Shown piece after piece: positions 16,381 through 26,397 of a stretch of 64,000 nucleotides of DNA (positions within the stretch are counted from its first letter, which is position 1; each line of letters begins with the position of its first letter). The stretch is from contig JANRJA010000187.1 in NCBI GenBank assembly GCA_033764315.1, positions 1 through 64,000 of the forward strand. Reading direction: 5' to 3'. The stretch is from Oculatellaceae cyanobacterium bins.114. Lineage in GTDB: Bacteria; Cyanobacteriota; Cyanobacteriia; Elainellales; Elainellaceae. The notes under the pieces were generated by a model that was given only the letters and a program-made list of their open reading frames with translations, was not told where the DNA came from and did no database searches. The position numbers and the translations under genes are program-made.

Positions 16381-17880
16381 ATGCCAGCGGAACAGCCAGA
16401 CGAATTTATTGACAATTGGACTTACTTAAAGACTGAACTGAGCTGGTTAGACCGCGTGTTAATGGTGGCAGTGGCGCGTCAACGCAAAGACACCAAGGAA
16501 GTCGATCGCATTGCCCAAAACCGGGCAGACCGGGCAACTAGCCATTGGTGGAAGGGGTTAATCTCGACGGAAGGCAAGGCGGTCTATGACGAATATCGCA
16601 AGCCCACCACACAAACGGCGATCGCCTCAAAACAAACCTATCAGCAGCAACTCGAAACCAAAATTCAGGCCAGTCAGCAAAAGGGCATTGTTTTAGGGCT
16701 ACCCGCTCTGTGCGATCGCCTCAAGCTGACCGTGTTTGAAAAAAATTTGGTGCTGATGAGCTTGGCTCCTGAAATTAATCGTCGCTATGCTCGCATTTAC
16801 CGCTTTCTACAAGGGGAAGAGATCAGCGTTAAAACCGATTTACCAACTGTCGATCTGGTATTGCGGTTGCTCTGCCGCAGCGATAAAGAATGGCGCATCG
16901 CTCGTAATCGTTTGATGTTTGACTCGCCCCTAGTACACCACAACCTGTTAAAGATTTTGCCTCGACACGAAGACACCCTACTCAACTATCCCCTCAAGCT
17001 AAATGACTCGCTGGTGGATTATCTGCTGGCTGAACAACCGCCAACAGAAGCCCTGGATGACCTGCTATGTCTGGCACCCAGTGCCTCTTCATCCCGTAGT
17101 TTTTTAACGTACACAGACCCCCTGGTAGACTGGGATGACTTAATTTTGCCCACTCCACTCTTACAGGCGTTGCAATCGCTCAATCAGGCTGTGCAGTTTG
17201 AAGGAGACTCGTTGGGGGTTGTATGCCTATTTGTGGGGGCAGCGGGCAGTGGTAAAACAACAGCGGCTGAAGCGATCGCCGCTACACTCAACACCCCTTT
17301 GGCAACCGTGGATCTGGCAACGGTGAATCCAGAACACTATGACCCTGTTTTTCAAGAAATTGCTGTGCGATCGCCCAGTGTTTTGTTAGTCCAGTCGGCT
17401 CAACACTGGTTGCGGCGTTCAACCGTGGCATCTGATATTCAAATTCACCAGTTCTTCAAGCAGCGTCGCCAAGTCGCAGGGATTACGTTGTTGACGGTAT
17501 CGCTGTTGCCCTCGGTCAAGATCCAGTGGCAACATCAAATGGATCAGGTTTTGACCTTTCCTCATCCTGACAAAAGCGATCGCCTCAAGCTTTGGCAACA
17601 AGCCCTTGGCTCCCTGATCGAAATAGACTCCCTTGACCTGACTGTAGACTGGGAGGTGTTAGCCAGTGCTCGTCTAACGGGGGCCGAGATCCGAGCGATC
17701 GCCCGCACTGCCATCTCACTCGCTGCAACTCAACAAACGCAAATTGAGATGGATCATCTCGTGCAAGCCTTTCAACAACAAGGCAAAACCTTGAGATTAA
17801 AGCCTGTCGGCAGGCTATCACCCGCAAAACGGTCTACCCGCAAAACCGCTAAACTGGGGCGATCGCAAAAAACTCTGTAA
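16381..17880 (+). CDS. AAA+ ATPase-like protein with winged-helix-like N-terminus and degenerate Walker B
   Basis: Walker A GAAGSGKT; FPHPDKSDRLKLW and LTGAEIRAI lid motifs; Walker B position reads VLLVQSA. Confidence 0.8.
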   Translation: MPAEQPDEFIDNWTYLKTELSWLDRVLMVAVARQRKDTKEVDRIAQNRADRATSHWWKGLISTEGKAVYDEYRKPTTQTAIASKQTYQQQLETKIQASQQKGIVLGLPALCDRLKLTVFEKNLVLMSLAPEINRRYARIYRFLQGEEISVKTDLPTVDLVLRLLCRSDKEWRIARNRLMFDSPLVHHNLLKILPRHEDTLLNYPLKLNDSLVDYLLAEQPPTEALDDLLCLAPSASSSRSFLTYTDPLVDWDDLILPTPLLQALQSLNQAVQFEGDSLGVVCLFVGAAGSGKTTAAEAIAATLNTPLATVDLATVNPEHYDPVFQEIAVRSPSVLLVQSAQHWLRRSTVASDIQIHQFFKQRRQVAGITLLTVSLLPSVKIQWQHQMDQVLTFPHPDKSDRLKLWQQALGSLIEIDSLDLTVDWEVLASARLTGAEIRAIARTAISLAATQQTQIEMDHLVQAFQQQGKTLRLKPVGRLSPAKRSTRKTAKLGRSQKTL

Positions 17881-17997
17881 TATCCAGTTGCCAAAACTGT
17901 AACCAAAGCAACCAACTCAGCCTAAAAATGTCAGATTAGAGACATCAGTCTAAAGCGTTCTGTTTGTCAGATGCTTGTTTCAGTGAGGAGAGAATTT

Positions 17998-18729
17998 ATG
18001 AAATCTATGCTGTCATCCCGTCACCTGTCCAATTTGGTTAAGGTCTGCTGCATCGCCCCTTTAACCCTGGGTGTGTTTGGTCTGGCCCCTATGCAAGCCG
18101 CCTTTGCCGATGAACCCCGCGCCAGAACTGTCACGGTCACTGGGCAGGGAGTTGAGGTCATCGATACAACCTTGACCCAGGTGCAGTTGGGAGTAGAAGC
18201 CCAAGGCGACACAGCTCAAGACGTTCAGCAAGAGGTGGCGCGTCGTTCGGCTGCCGTTGTGGAATTGTTGCGATCGCGCAACGTGAGCCGTTTGCAAACC
18301 ACAGGCATCAACCTAAACCCCGTTTATAGCTACACCGACAACCAACAACGAGTCTCAGGCTACTCAGCCGCTAATATCGTCAGTTTTCAACTGGCAACCG
18401 CGCAAGTTGGCACTCTGTTAGATGATGCTGTGAGAGCCGGAGCCAGTCGCATTGATAGCGTTAGCTTTATTGCCTCAGATGAGGCGATCGCCGCTGCCCG
18501 TCAAGAAGCCCTGCGAGAAGCCACCCAAGACGCACAACAACAAGCTGATGCCGTGCTGGGTACGTTAGGACTAACCCGCCGAGAGGTCGTTAGCATTCAG
18601 ATTGGGGAGGGTCCGATCTTCTCGCCTCCCATGCCGTATGCTGCTGCCGATCGAGCGGCTAGTGCCACCCCAGTCATCGGAGGTGAACAACAAGTTCAGG
18701 CCAATGTCACGCTAGAAATCAGCTATTAA
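17998..18729 (+). CDS. SIMPL (DUF541) domain periplasmic protein
   Basis: Signal peptide; RTVTVTGQG, TTGINLNPVY, GEQQVQANVTLEISY; GAGGAG RBS before ATG 17998. Confidence 0.9.
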   Translation: MKSMLSSRHLSNLVKVCCIAPLTLGVFGLAPMQAAFADEPRARTVTVTGQGVEVIDTTLTQVQLGVEAQGDTAQDVQQEVARRSAAVVELLRSRNVSRLQTTGINLNPVYSYTDNQQRVSGYSAANIVSFQLATAQVGTLLDDAVRAGASRIDSVSFIASDEAIAAARQEALREATQDAQQQADAVLGTLGLTRREVVSIQIGEGPIFSPPMPYAAADRAASATPVIGGEQQVQANVTLEISY

Positions 18730-18784
18730 CCCCCTGTTGAATTCGCTAGAGTAGAGTCAGCAGTTCGCTTTAAGAGAATTGGTG

Positions 18785-19357
18785 ATGCGTACTTCAACCT
18801 GGCTTGCAACAACCCTGGCTGCGATCGTTGGCACCGCAGCCTGGATCACCCTACCTGCTGAAGCGGTAAGGCTCTCCGACGGTAAAGTCTATTTTGTTCA
18901 GCCCCCTCGGCTGACTTACAGTGCCACAACCCAGAGCTTAACAAACGCTTCCGGAGCTACCTACTATTTCACGTTAACCGTCCCTGAGAATGCTGGGGAA
19001 CCGCTGCAACGTGTGGCGATCGCCCAACGAGATGGCTCCACTAGTGCTCGTTTGGTGCGCTATGAACTCGATGATACTCGCGCCTTTACAGGCACTCGCC
19101 ACAATCGGGGCGAAGCCCTGACCCTGGCAGAAACCACCTTCGATCGGGACACCCAAACGGTCACGGTCACATTTGATCCGCCTGTTCCTCCAGGCACAAC
19201 CGTCACCATCGGGTTGCGTCCAGACCGCAATCCAAACGCAGGTGGAACCTACTTATTTGGCGTCACCGCTTACCCCGCTGGCGATACTCCCTATGGGCAG
19301 TTTCTCGGCTACGGACGATTTCAGTTTGACGAACCCAATCACTTCCTGTCTTTCTGA
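18785..19357 (+). CDS. DUF2808 domain protein
   Basis: Signal peptide; YFVQPPRL, YYFTLTVPENAGEPL, FDPPVPPGTTV, GTYLFGVTAYPAG. Confidence 0.85.
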   Translation: MRTSTWLATTLAAIVGTAAWITLPAEAVRLSDGKVYFVQPPRLTYSATTQSLTNASGATYYFTLTVPENAGEPLQRVAIAQRDGSTSARLVRYELDDTRAFTGTRHNRGEALTLAETTFDRDTQTVTVTFDPPVPPGTTVTIGLRPDRNPNAGGTYLFGVTAYPAGDTPYGQFLGYGRFQFDEPNHFLSF

Positions 19358-19382
19358 TCGGCAATGGGAATGGTTAAGCATC

Positions 19383-20375
19383 TCAATCATGCATGCTGCC
19401 ATCCGGTAAAACCGCCCCCTTCAGATTGGCTCCCATCAGGTTGGTGCTACTTAGTTCGGCCCGCACCAGACTGGCCTCCTGTAAATCTGCATCCATCAAA
19501 TCAGCCCTGGCCAGATAAGCATCTGTCAGGTTGGCTTCCCGCAAAATCGCCCCTTGCAGACTGGCCCGACTCAAATCAGCCCGAGACAATTTAGCCGCCG
19601 TCAAGTCTGCCCCATTCAACAGGGCTTTAGTGAGCCGCACATCGGGCATGACGGCTCCTTGTAATTTAGCTGTCATCAAATTTGCCTCGGTCAGGTCTGC
19701 CCGTTCTAACTTGGCATTCCACAAATCAGCCCCCTCTAGCGTTGCCTCCAACAAATTGGCTTCCGTCAGAAATGCGCCTCTCAAAATAGCACCACTGAGA
19801 TCAGCCCCGCTCAGATCCGCATTCCTCAAGGTTGCTTCACTCAAGTTGGCACCCCGTAGATCGACCTTAGCAAGATCGGCTCCGGTCAGGTTAGCTCCTC
19901 GTAAATCAGCTTTGTGGAGGTTGGCTCCGCGCAGATTAGAAGTGTATTTGCGGTTTTCTTCCCGCAGATTGGCTCCCCGTAAACACGCCCCGGTCAGGTT
20001 AGCTCCCCCCAAGTTGGCATTCCGCAGATCGGCATCAATCAAATTGGCATCTAAGAGGTTTGCCAGCGTTAAATCAGCACTCCGCAAGTCAGCCCCTTGC
20101 AACGTGGCTCCATGCAGGTCAGCGTCTTGTAACTTGGATGCAATCAGATTGGCCTGACTCAAATTTGCACCACTGAGCTTGGCACTGATCAAGTTGGCCC
20201 GACTCAAACTAGCGCGGTTGAGATAGGCAAAGACTAATATCGTATGGCTCAAGTTGGCTTCGCCCAAGTCAACCCCAATCAAGTCAGCCCCAGTCAGATC
20301 GGCTCCGCCTAAATTTACGCCATTAAAATCTATTTGCCCAGTGGCATATCGTCTTAACAATTCACTCACATCCAT
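19383..20375 (-). CDS. pentapeptide repeat protein
   Basis: Continuous A(D/N)LxG repeats. Confidence 0.95.
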   Translation of the reverse strand: MDVSELLRRYATGQIDFNGVNLGGADLTGADLIGVDLGEANLSHTILVFAYLNRASLSRANLISAKLSGANLSQANLIASKLQDADLHGATLQGADLRSADLTLANLLDANLIDADLRNANLGGANLTGACLRGANLREENRKYTSNLRGANLHKADLRGANLTGADLAKVDLRGANLSEATLRNADLSGADLSGAILRGAFLTEANLLEATLEGADLWNAKLERADLTEANLMTAKLQGAVMPDVRLTKALLNGADLTAAKLSRADLSRASLQGAILREANLTDAYLARADLMDADLQEASLVRAELSSTNLMGANLKGAVLPDGSMHD

Positions 20376-20475
20376 AGCGATGACCTCTGATCCGGGAGCG
20401 TTGCTGACCTTTGGGAAGATCCCACTCGATACACTTTAAACCGTCATGCTTCTGTGTTGACCCATCTTCTGCTGA

Positions 20476-21918
20476 TCAAGATGGGTTGGGTGGCGTGTTG
20501 TCTCGTGGAGCGTTAGACGGATGAGGGAGATGTTTATCGGCTTGAGAGGAAAATGCACCCGGATTTTTGGGCAGTGCTAGGGTGTCGTCGTTGTGAATAG
20601 ACGGTGGGCTGAGATCTAGTGTGCGATCGCCCTCAGTCAGATCGGGTGTTTGTGGAGTCAGAGGTTTGCTCTGATTGCCATCGGCCTCTGCGGCTTGAGT
20701 TGACGGGGGAGTCGGCAAAAATGAACAGGTATCATCCAGGTTTTGCGGCTCAGGAGCGATCGGCAGAATAGGTGCTGTATTGGGTAGTCTGGGGGGTTGG
20801 CTCACCTGCGTCGGCGATGGAGAGTTTGATCGAGGCTTTGCCCCAGAGTCAGGTAATCCGGCTTTATAGGTGTACCACGTCCGCACTGCTCGCAATACAG
20901 CCCCCGCAGCTTGCAAATATTGCTTTGCATCACTCAATGCCTTTGCCACATCTTTGAGGGCAATTTCTAACGATTCATACGTGGGATAACGATTGACTGC
21001 GGTTTGCAACAATTCATCAAGGTCGTGCGATCGCACCACAGACCATCCTTCATCCGTGGCATCAATCGAGCGATATAACACTGAGAACAGCAGTGCTTTA
21101 GCTCTTAAAGGGCTGGTGTATTTCATCACCTCTATCCGCAGGTCAAACATATCAGGCGGATGTTTAGGAAACTCAACCGGGGTTTCATCGGGGCCAGAGG
21201 CGATCGCCACCTGCTGCGTTGGTTGAGAGACCATCATCGAGGGGAGGGGCGATGGCATCTCAACTGCACCCAAGTTGGACTCAGAGAAAATGATCCGAGT
21301 TGAGACAGAAGCCGTGGAATAAAGCTGGGTAAACGTTTCCACAATCGTATTGGCAACCAACGTGTATTCTGTCTGACGGTTTAGCGTTTTAACAATGCTA
21401 TAGAGCACAGCACTCAACTCGTTCAAAGAAGGGGTGAGCACATGCAACCGTTCAACCAGGTCACTTAAAGGATAGTTGTTGAGCACAGCGGGGTCATTTT
21501 CCCAACGACCATTGCAGGCACAAAATAAAATTTTTTTGATGCGAATGTGCTGAGGATTTTGCTCTAATTGAGCAACCGTCTCAGCATAATTGCCATGTGG
21601 AGAGATAACTTGAGTCGCTTCTTCGGAGGTATAAAGCGGCTTGAGATGATTAATAATCGTATTTGCCACCAGAGCATACTCAGCAGGCTTGTTGATGGAC
21701 TTTACAACTTTGTTTAACCTGGCTCTCAATTGGTCTAGCTCTGGCGCAATTTTTAATAGCTCTTGAACCAACGGATAAAGATTGACCTCATTTAACCGAG
21801 TAGGATTGCTCTCCCACTGATTTCGACAAAGATAAAGCAACAGCTTTTTAATGCGCGTTAGGCTTTGATCCTGCGATAGACCCTGAATAACCGCATCAAA
21901 ATGGGTTGGCGCTGTCAT
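20476..21918 (-). CDS. hypothetical protein with three ~80-aa helical repeats and a Pro-rich tail
   Basis: RIKKLL..C.NQWE / RIKKIL..CNGRWE / RAKALL repeats, each ending in EYALVANTII-like helices. Confidence 0.85.
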   Translation of the reverse strand: MTAPTHFDAVIQGLSQDQSLTRIKKLLLYLCRNQWESNPTRLNEVNLYPLVQELLKIAPELDQLRARLNKVVKSINKPAEYALVANTIINHLKPLYTSEEATQVISPHGNYAETVAQLEQNPQHIRIKKILFCACNGRWENDPAVLNNYPLSDLVERLHVLTPSLNELSAVLYSIVKTLNRQTEYTLVANTIVETFTQLYSTASVSTRIIFSESNLGAVEMPSPLPSMMVSQPTQQVAIASGPDETPVEFPKHPPDMFDLRIEVMKYTSPLRAKALLFSVLYRSIDATDEGWSVVRSHDLDELLQTAVNRYPTYESLEIALKDVAKALSDAKQYLQAAGAVLRAVRTWYTYKAGLPDSGAKPRSNSPSPTQVSQPPRLPNTAPILPIAPEPQNLDDTCSFLPTPPSTQAAEADGNQSKPLTPQTPDLTEGDRTLDLSPPSIHNDDTLALPKNPGAFSSQADKHLPHPSNAPRDNTPPNPS

Positions 21919-22332
21919 TGGTTCCTTGGAAGAGAGGTTTTAGCAGATTGTGAGCAGCCTACAGCACGGTAGATGCCACAGGATGGTATGCCCACCAGAA
22001 TAAATGGGATTGAGGATGTAGCCCAAGAATTTTTCTTAAAATTATTATGAAGTCAATGCTAAAACTCAGCCAATATGAGTGCACAGAAATTTTTGACCAA
22101 CTTCTAACCTATTTTAAGCTGCCATTTTGGGATTTTTAATTCAAATCTCATTTTACAAAAGATGAATAACGGTTTTATCAGAAAGCTAGCGGATTTGAAC
22201 CCAGGGATTTAAGCCAAATCGCTGCTTTTTTTAGTTCAAAGAACAAATTTCACGTCCTTTGAAAAACCATCTGCTTGAATCCGGCTCTCATCAATCTACC
22301 CATCCATCAAGGTCACATAGCAATCCCATCAC

Positions 22333-22425
22333 ATAGCAATCCCAAATGGGTTGTGAGAGGCTTACTTCTTAGAGGTGCGCCTCTTACAACCTCCCCATCC
22401 CACACATGATTTAAGACTGCTATAT
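22333..22425. mobile_element. MITE-like element with TATAGC-type ends (degenerate copy)
   Basis: ATAGCAATCCCAAAT...ATTTAAGACTGCTATA; homologous to 49817-49910; the left end is duplicated at 22313-22328. Confidence 0.75.
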
Positions 22426-22705
22426 CAATTTTCTAGAATAGAGCAATCACACCGTCAGGAAGCTTTTGTAAAACGGTCTTATAGAAACTTTTAGCTGTTC
22501 TCTAGAGCGAGAGCATTCATATTAAACCACTCGTCTGATCAAATTTGACTCGATCCCGTTTCAGATTTGTTGCCCATTCATTTGATATTAAACAGTTCCC
22601 AATCTATTAACCCGATAAACTGCGGTCAGGTTGTCATCCAAGACATTCTGTTAAGGTCAATAAGTGGATCTATAGCCGCCGGTTTTTTCTCTGAGAACAA
22701 ACGAT

Positions 22706-23038
22706 ATGGAACAGTATTACAAGCCAGAGCATTTAGCTCAATTTAGCCAGGTAGCCGAAGGTAACCCTGAGCTAGCTCGCAAGTTTTTTGACTATTACGG
22801 GGCGGTGTTTGCCGATGGCGCACTATCGGTCAGAGAAAAAGCCTTGATTGCTTTAGCCGTTGCTCATACGGTGCAATGTCCTTATTGCATTGATGCCTAC
22901 AGCAAGGAATGTTTGCAGCAGGGGTCTGATTTAGAGCAAATGACTGAGGCGTTGCATGTCGCAACCGCCATTCGTGGAGGGGCATCCCTGGTTCATGGAA
23001 TGCAAATGTTGGATCACGTCAAGCAGTTGGCAATGTAA
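22706..23038 (+). CDS. AhpD/CMD-family protein of the arsenosugar-biosynthesis-associated type
   Basis: ALSVREKALIALAVAHTVQCPYCIDAY (CxxC), AIRGGASLVHG; immediately upstream of arsS. Confidence 0.88.
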   Translation: MEQYYKPEHLAQFSQVAEGNPELARKFFDYYGAVFADGALSVREKALIALAVAHTVQCPYCIDAYSKECLQQGSDLEQMTEALHVATAIRGGASLVHGMQMLDHVKQLAM

Positions 23039-23055
23039 GGGGAAGGAAGCGTTTA

Positions 23056-24177
23056 ATGTTTGATGAGACTGTAACGACAGACTTAGATCTGTCAAGCCTG
23101 GTTGCCGGACCTAAACCGACTACCTCACTTCAAAAGCGGCGATCGCCTCTAGTAGACCCCCAAGAACAACTAAGCCTCTTGGCAGCCCTTGACTTGTCAA
23201 AGACCCGCAACCCTGGCGACTTTGCGACCACCCTACAACAGCAGGGGTGGCAGGCGTTGCAACCCGCTCAACTTGAGATTTTTCAGATCAACGTGGGCAA
23301 GCTCTGCAACATGACCTGTCGCCATTGCCATGTGGATGCTGGGCCCGATCGCACTGAAATGATGGATCGAGAGACCGTTGAGGCGTGTTTGCGAGCACTC
23401 GACCAAACCTCAGCCCATACTGTCGATATTACAGGGGGTGCACCCGAACTGAATCCTCACTTTCGTCATCTGGTCGATCAGTGTGTGGTTCGTGGCAAAC
23501 ATGTGATCGATCGCTGTAATTTAACCGTGTTGTTGTTGCCCCGGCTGCAAGATTTGCCAATGTGGTTTGCTGAGCGAGGGGTCGAGGTGGTGTGTTCATT
23601 GCCCCACTATCGCAAGTTCAACACAGACGCTCAACGAGGGGATGGCACCTTTGAGCGATCGATTGAGGCATTGCGACGGTTGAATGCGGCGGGTTATGGG
23701 CAGGGTGACCCAAAGCGTTGTCTGACATTGATGTCTAACCCAAATGGGGCGTTTTTAGCCAACGGTCAGGCCAAGATGGAACAAGAATGGAAAGCCGGAC
23801 TGTTGAAGAATCATGGGGTTCACTTCGATCGCCTGATTGCCCTGAATAACATGCCGATTTCTCGTTTTTTGGAATGGCTAGAACAATCAGGCAACCTGCA
23901 CCGCTATATGGAGGTGTTGGTCAACTCCTTCAATCTTGCGACTGTGAGGGGCTTGATGTGTCGCAACACACTCTCTATCTCGTGGGATGGTCGTCTCTTT
24001 GATTGTGACTTTAACCAGATGCTCGATCTAGAGGTGCAATTACCCGATCGCCATCCGGCTCACATTCACGATTTTGACCCACACCTGTTAGCACAGCGGC
24101 AGATCGTCACTGACCGACACTGCTTTGGTTGCACGGCGGGTGCTGGCAGTTCGTGTGGTGGGGCGATTGATGAGTAA
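23056..24177 (+). CDS. arsS: arsenosugar biosynthesis radical SAM protein ArsS family (Cys form)
   Basis: QINVGKLCNMTCRHCHVDAGP (CxxxCxxC), DITGGAPELNP, DCDFNQML, C-terminal CFGCTAGAGSSCGG. Confidence 0.85.
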   Translation: MFDETVTTDLDLSSLVAGPKPTTSLQKRRSPLVDPQEQLSLLAALDLSKTRNPGDFATTLQQQGWQALQPAQLEIFQINVGKLCNMTCRHCHVDAGPDRTEMMDRETVEACLRALDQTSAHTVDITGGAPELNPHFRHLVDQCVVRGKHVIDRCNLTVLLLPRLQDLPMWFAERGVEVVCSLPHYRKFNTDAQRGDGTFERSIEALRRLNAAGYGQGDPKRCLTLMSNPNGAFLANGQAKMEQEWKAGLLKNHGVHFDRLIALNNMPISRFLEWLEQSGNLHRYMEVLVNSFNLATVRGLMCRNTLSISWDGRLFDCDFNQMLDLEVQLPDRHPAHIHDFDPHLLAQRQIVTDRHCFGCTAGAGSSCGGAIDE

Positions 24178-24209
24178 GGCAAGCTTCACACAAGCCATGC
24201 CTTACATAA

Positions 24210-24254
24210 GAGGTGTCTTATACAGATGTGTCTTATACAGGGGTGTCTTATACA
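24210..24254. repeat. 15-bp tandem repeat G(A/G)(G/T)GTGTCTTATACA x3 overlapping a stop codon
   Basis: Read directly from the sequence. Confidence 0.8.
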
Positions 24255-25465
24255 AAGTGATGCGTAAACTCGCCAATCAAATCAACTCGCCCTTTTCGCA
24301 ACACGGCTGGGTCTAGCCGCTCAGTGGTGTTGCAAGTCATCATCACCACCAGGCGTTGACGGGCTTGAATCTCCATCTCATCCACCACACTTTGATAGAG
24401 GGTGCCATCCAGCAAACTGAGAATGTGTTCAGTCTTGTTGTTGGTTTGAGCCATCTCAAACGCCCGATTCTTGGCCAAATTATCCGCCTCATTAATAATG
24501 ATGCAGATGCGTTCTAGATAGCCTGGGGGAATAAAATTCTCTACGGCATCATGATCGAGGATAAAAATGACATAGCCCAGAGGTGCCAGGATTTCTTGAG
24601 CAACCGCTTGAGTCCAGGCTGTTTTGCCTGTTCCCGGTTCACCTTGCACCAACACCGCCAGTTGATTTTGGTTGAGAATGGCTTGTTGCACCGCATCGGT
24701 AAAACTTTGAATCTCTGGGGGAAAATCTCGAATTGAAAATTGGCTATTGACTTTTCCGACACGGCTTTGATAACCGCTCAACATCACCGCCAAATTAAAA
24801 GTGGCTTTGTGAATCAGGGGTGCTAAATCGTCAGCAATCAGCGTATACCACCGCTTGCCCTGGCGATCGCCCGGATCAATCTGCAACCACATTTGATACT
24901 TTGCCCAATAGGCATACGCCGTGCCAATGACCTCTAGCCGTTCCCAACTGGTAAAGCGATCGACAGGGTAATAAAAATATCGATCCATGCAGTATTGGGT
25001 AATGATGTCAGGGCGACCCAAAAATTCCAAAATTTTGAGAATGGTAATTTCTTGCAATCGTCGCAACACATAGTCAACCGGAATGCTATCTCGGCTAACG
25101 GCTTGTTTGATAGGGGTTTCAGTACTTAAAACATCTTTAAAGCGGCGATCGGGGGCGGGGGGTTCTGGCGTGACATAATTCCAGAATTGATCGACGGCAT
25201 AGCGAGTATTTTCTGAAAACACGTTTAAAATGTTTGCCCACCACGCAAATTCATTTCGCCCCATTGCGTTAGCAACACTGCTCGTAACATCCATGACTTT
25301 ATAGGAGAGTTCCCAGGTGTCATGGAGCACCAGTTGTCCCAAAAAGCTCAAATCAAGTTGACGCACCAGCGGTCGCCACCCTGACGCTAGTAACCCCTTA
25401 GCTTGTGGGCTGCTGTCAGGAGAACCATAATCGTTCCAAGGATAACCTGAACTCATGAGGTGCAA
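24248..25465 (-). CDS. AAA family ATPase with BCS1-like C-terminal module (start may be 25456)
   Basis: Walker A GEPGTGKT, Walker B IIINEAD, TCNTTERLDPAVLRKGRVD. Confidence 0.85.
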   Translation of the reverse strand: MHLMSSGYPWNDYGSPDSSPQAKGLLASGWRPLVRQLDLSFLGQLVLHDTWELSYKVMDVTSSVANAMGRNEFAWWANILNVFSENTRYAVDQFWNYVTPEPPAPDRRFKDVLSTETPIKQAVSRDSIPVDYVLRRLQEITILKILEFLGRPDIITQYCMDRYFYYPVDRFTSWERLEVIGTAYAYWAKYQMWLQIDPGDRQGKRWYTLIADDLAPLIHKATFNLAVMLSGYQSRVGKVNSQFSIRDFPPEIQSFTDAVQQAILNQNQLAVLVQGEPGTGKTAWTQAVAQEILAPLGYVIFILDHDAVENFIPPGYLERICIIINEADNLAKNRAFEMAQTNNKTEHILSLLDGTLYQSVVDEMEIQARQRLVVMMTCNTTERLDPAVLRKGRVDLIGEFTHHFV

Positions 25466-25629
25466 AGACTCATTACAACTGATCGAAGACGTAGCTCGAA
25501 AGAGAACGAGAAGACAACAACGATAGAGCAGATTTGTGTATCCGCTATTCTAACGCTCTGCTCTAAACTCGCGAGAGCAACTCACCAGTTATACTACAAA
25601 TACTACACATAATACAAGTATTACCCGTT

Positions 25630-26397
25630 TTAGGAGGCGGCTTCTAGCAATTGATGGGCCAACGCCAGATTAAAATATGAGGCAGAATGGGGGTTTCCAG
25701 CGATCGCCCGAAATGGCAGATCAGGCTCCCCAAACTGATCGATCACCAATTCTGCACCTGTAAAGTTGTGGTTTTGAGTGTAGCCATTGACCGTAATCAC
25801 CGTTGGCAGGTTTGCCCCTAGAGATGATTTCAAGCCTTGCTGTGAGTCTTCAAAGGCCAGACAAGCTCTGGGATTGAGATCCAGTTTTTGTAATACGTAG
25901 TCGTAAATGTCAGGGGCAGGTTTCTTCGCAGGGACAATGTCACCTGCGGCGATGATTTCAAACCAATCGGCACTATCAGCCGCTAATGCGTTTTCGAGCA
26001 GAGCAGTGACATTAGCAGGGGTGGTGGTGGTGGCGATCGCCAATTTTATCCCCTGCTGTTTTGCCTCCAGCAGCAGTCGCCGCACCCCAGGTCGCAAGGG
26101 AATCTTGCCCTCACTCAACAGTTGCGTGTAGTGCTTGGTTTTTGCCGCATGGAGTCCGGCAATCCACTCTTTGAGGTTAGCCGGAGGTTCTAAATCAGGC
26201 TGATGGCGATCGATATAAAACTTGATGCGCTCTTTGCCACCCGTCACCTCTAACAGTTCACCATATAATTCCACTGACCAGTCCCACGATAAGCCCGCAT
26301 CTGCAAAGGCACGATTAAACGCAATGCGATGTCCATCTCGTTCGGTATCCGCCAGGGTGCCGTCCACGTCAAAAATCAAGGCTTGCAGTTGAGTCAT
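25630..26397 (-). CDS. cbbY: CbbY-like HAD hydrolase
   Basis: FDVDGTLADTERDGHRIAFN, GGKERI, KKPAPDIY, FEDS. Confidence 0.9.
   Translation of the reverse strand: MTQLQALIFDVDGTLADTERDGHRIAFNRAFADAGLSWDWSVELYGELLEVTGGKERIKFYIDRHQPDLEPPANLKEWIAGLHAAKTKHYTQLLSEGKIPLRPGVRRLLLEAKQQGIKLAIATTTTPANVTALLENALAADSADWFEIIAAGDIVPAKKPAPDIYDYVLQKLDLNPRACLAFEDSQQGLKSSLGANLPTVITVNGYTQNHNFTGAELVIDQFGEPDLPFRAIAGNPHSASYFNLALAHQLLEAAS

Noticed and set aside
19531..20157. 208-aa plus-strand ORF
   Set aside because: Antisense shadow of the pentapeptide repeat gene.
24160..24200. Selenocysteine recoding in arsS
   Set aside because: The relevant codon is TGT and the stop is TAA; the nearby TGA triplets are out of frame.
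24210..24254. Tn5/Nextera adapter contamination (CTTATACA, AGATGTG)
   Set aside because: Does not match the 19-bp mosaic end; it is a 15-bp tandem repeat continuous with the gene end.
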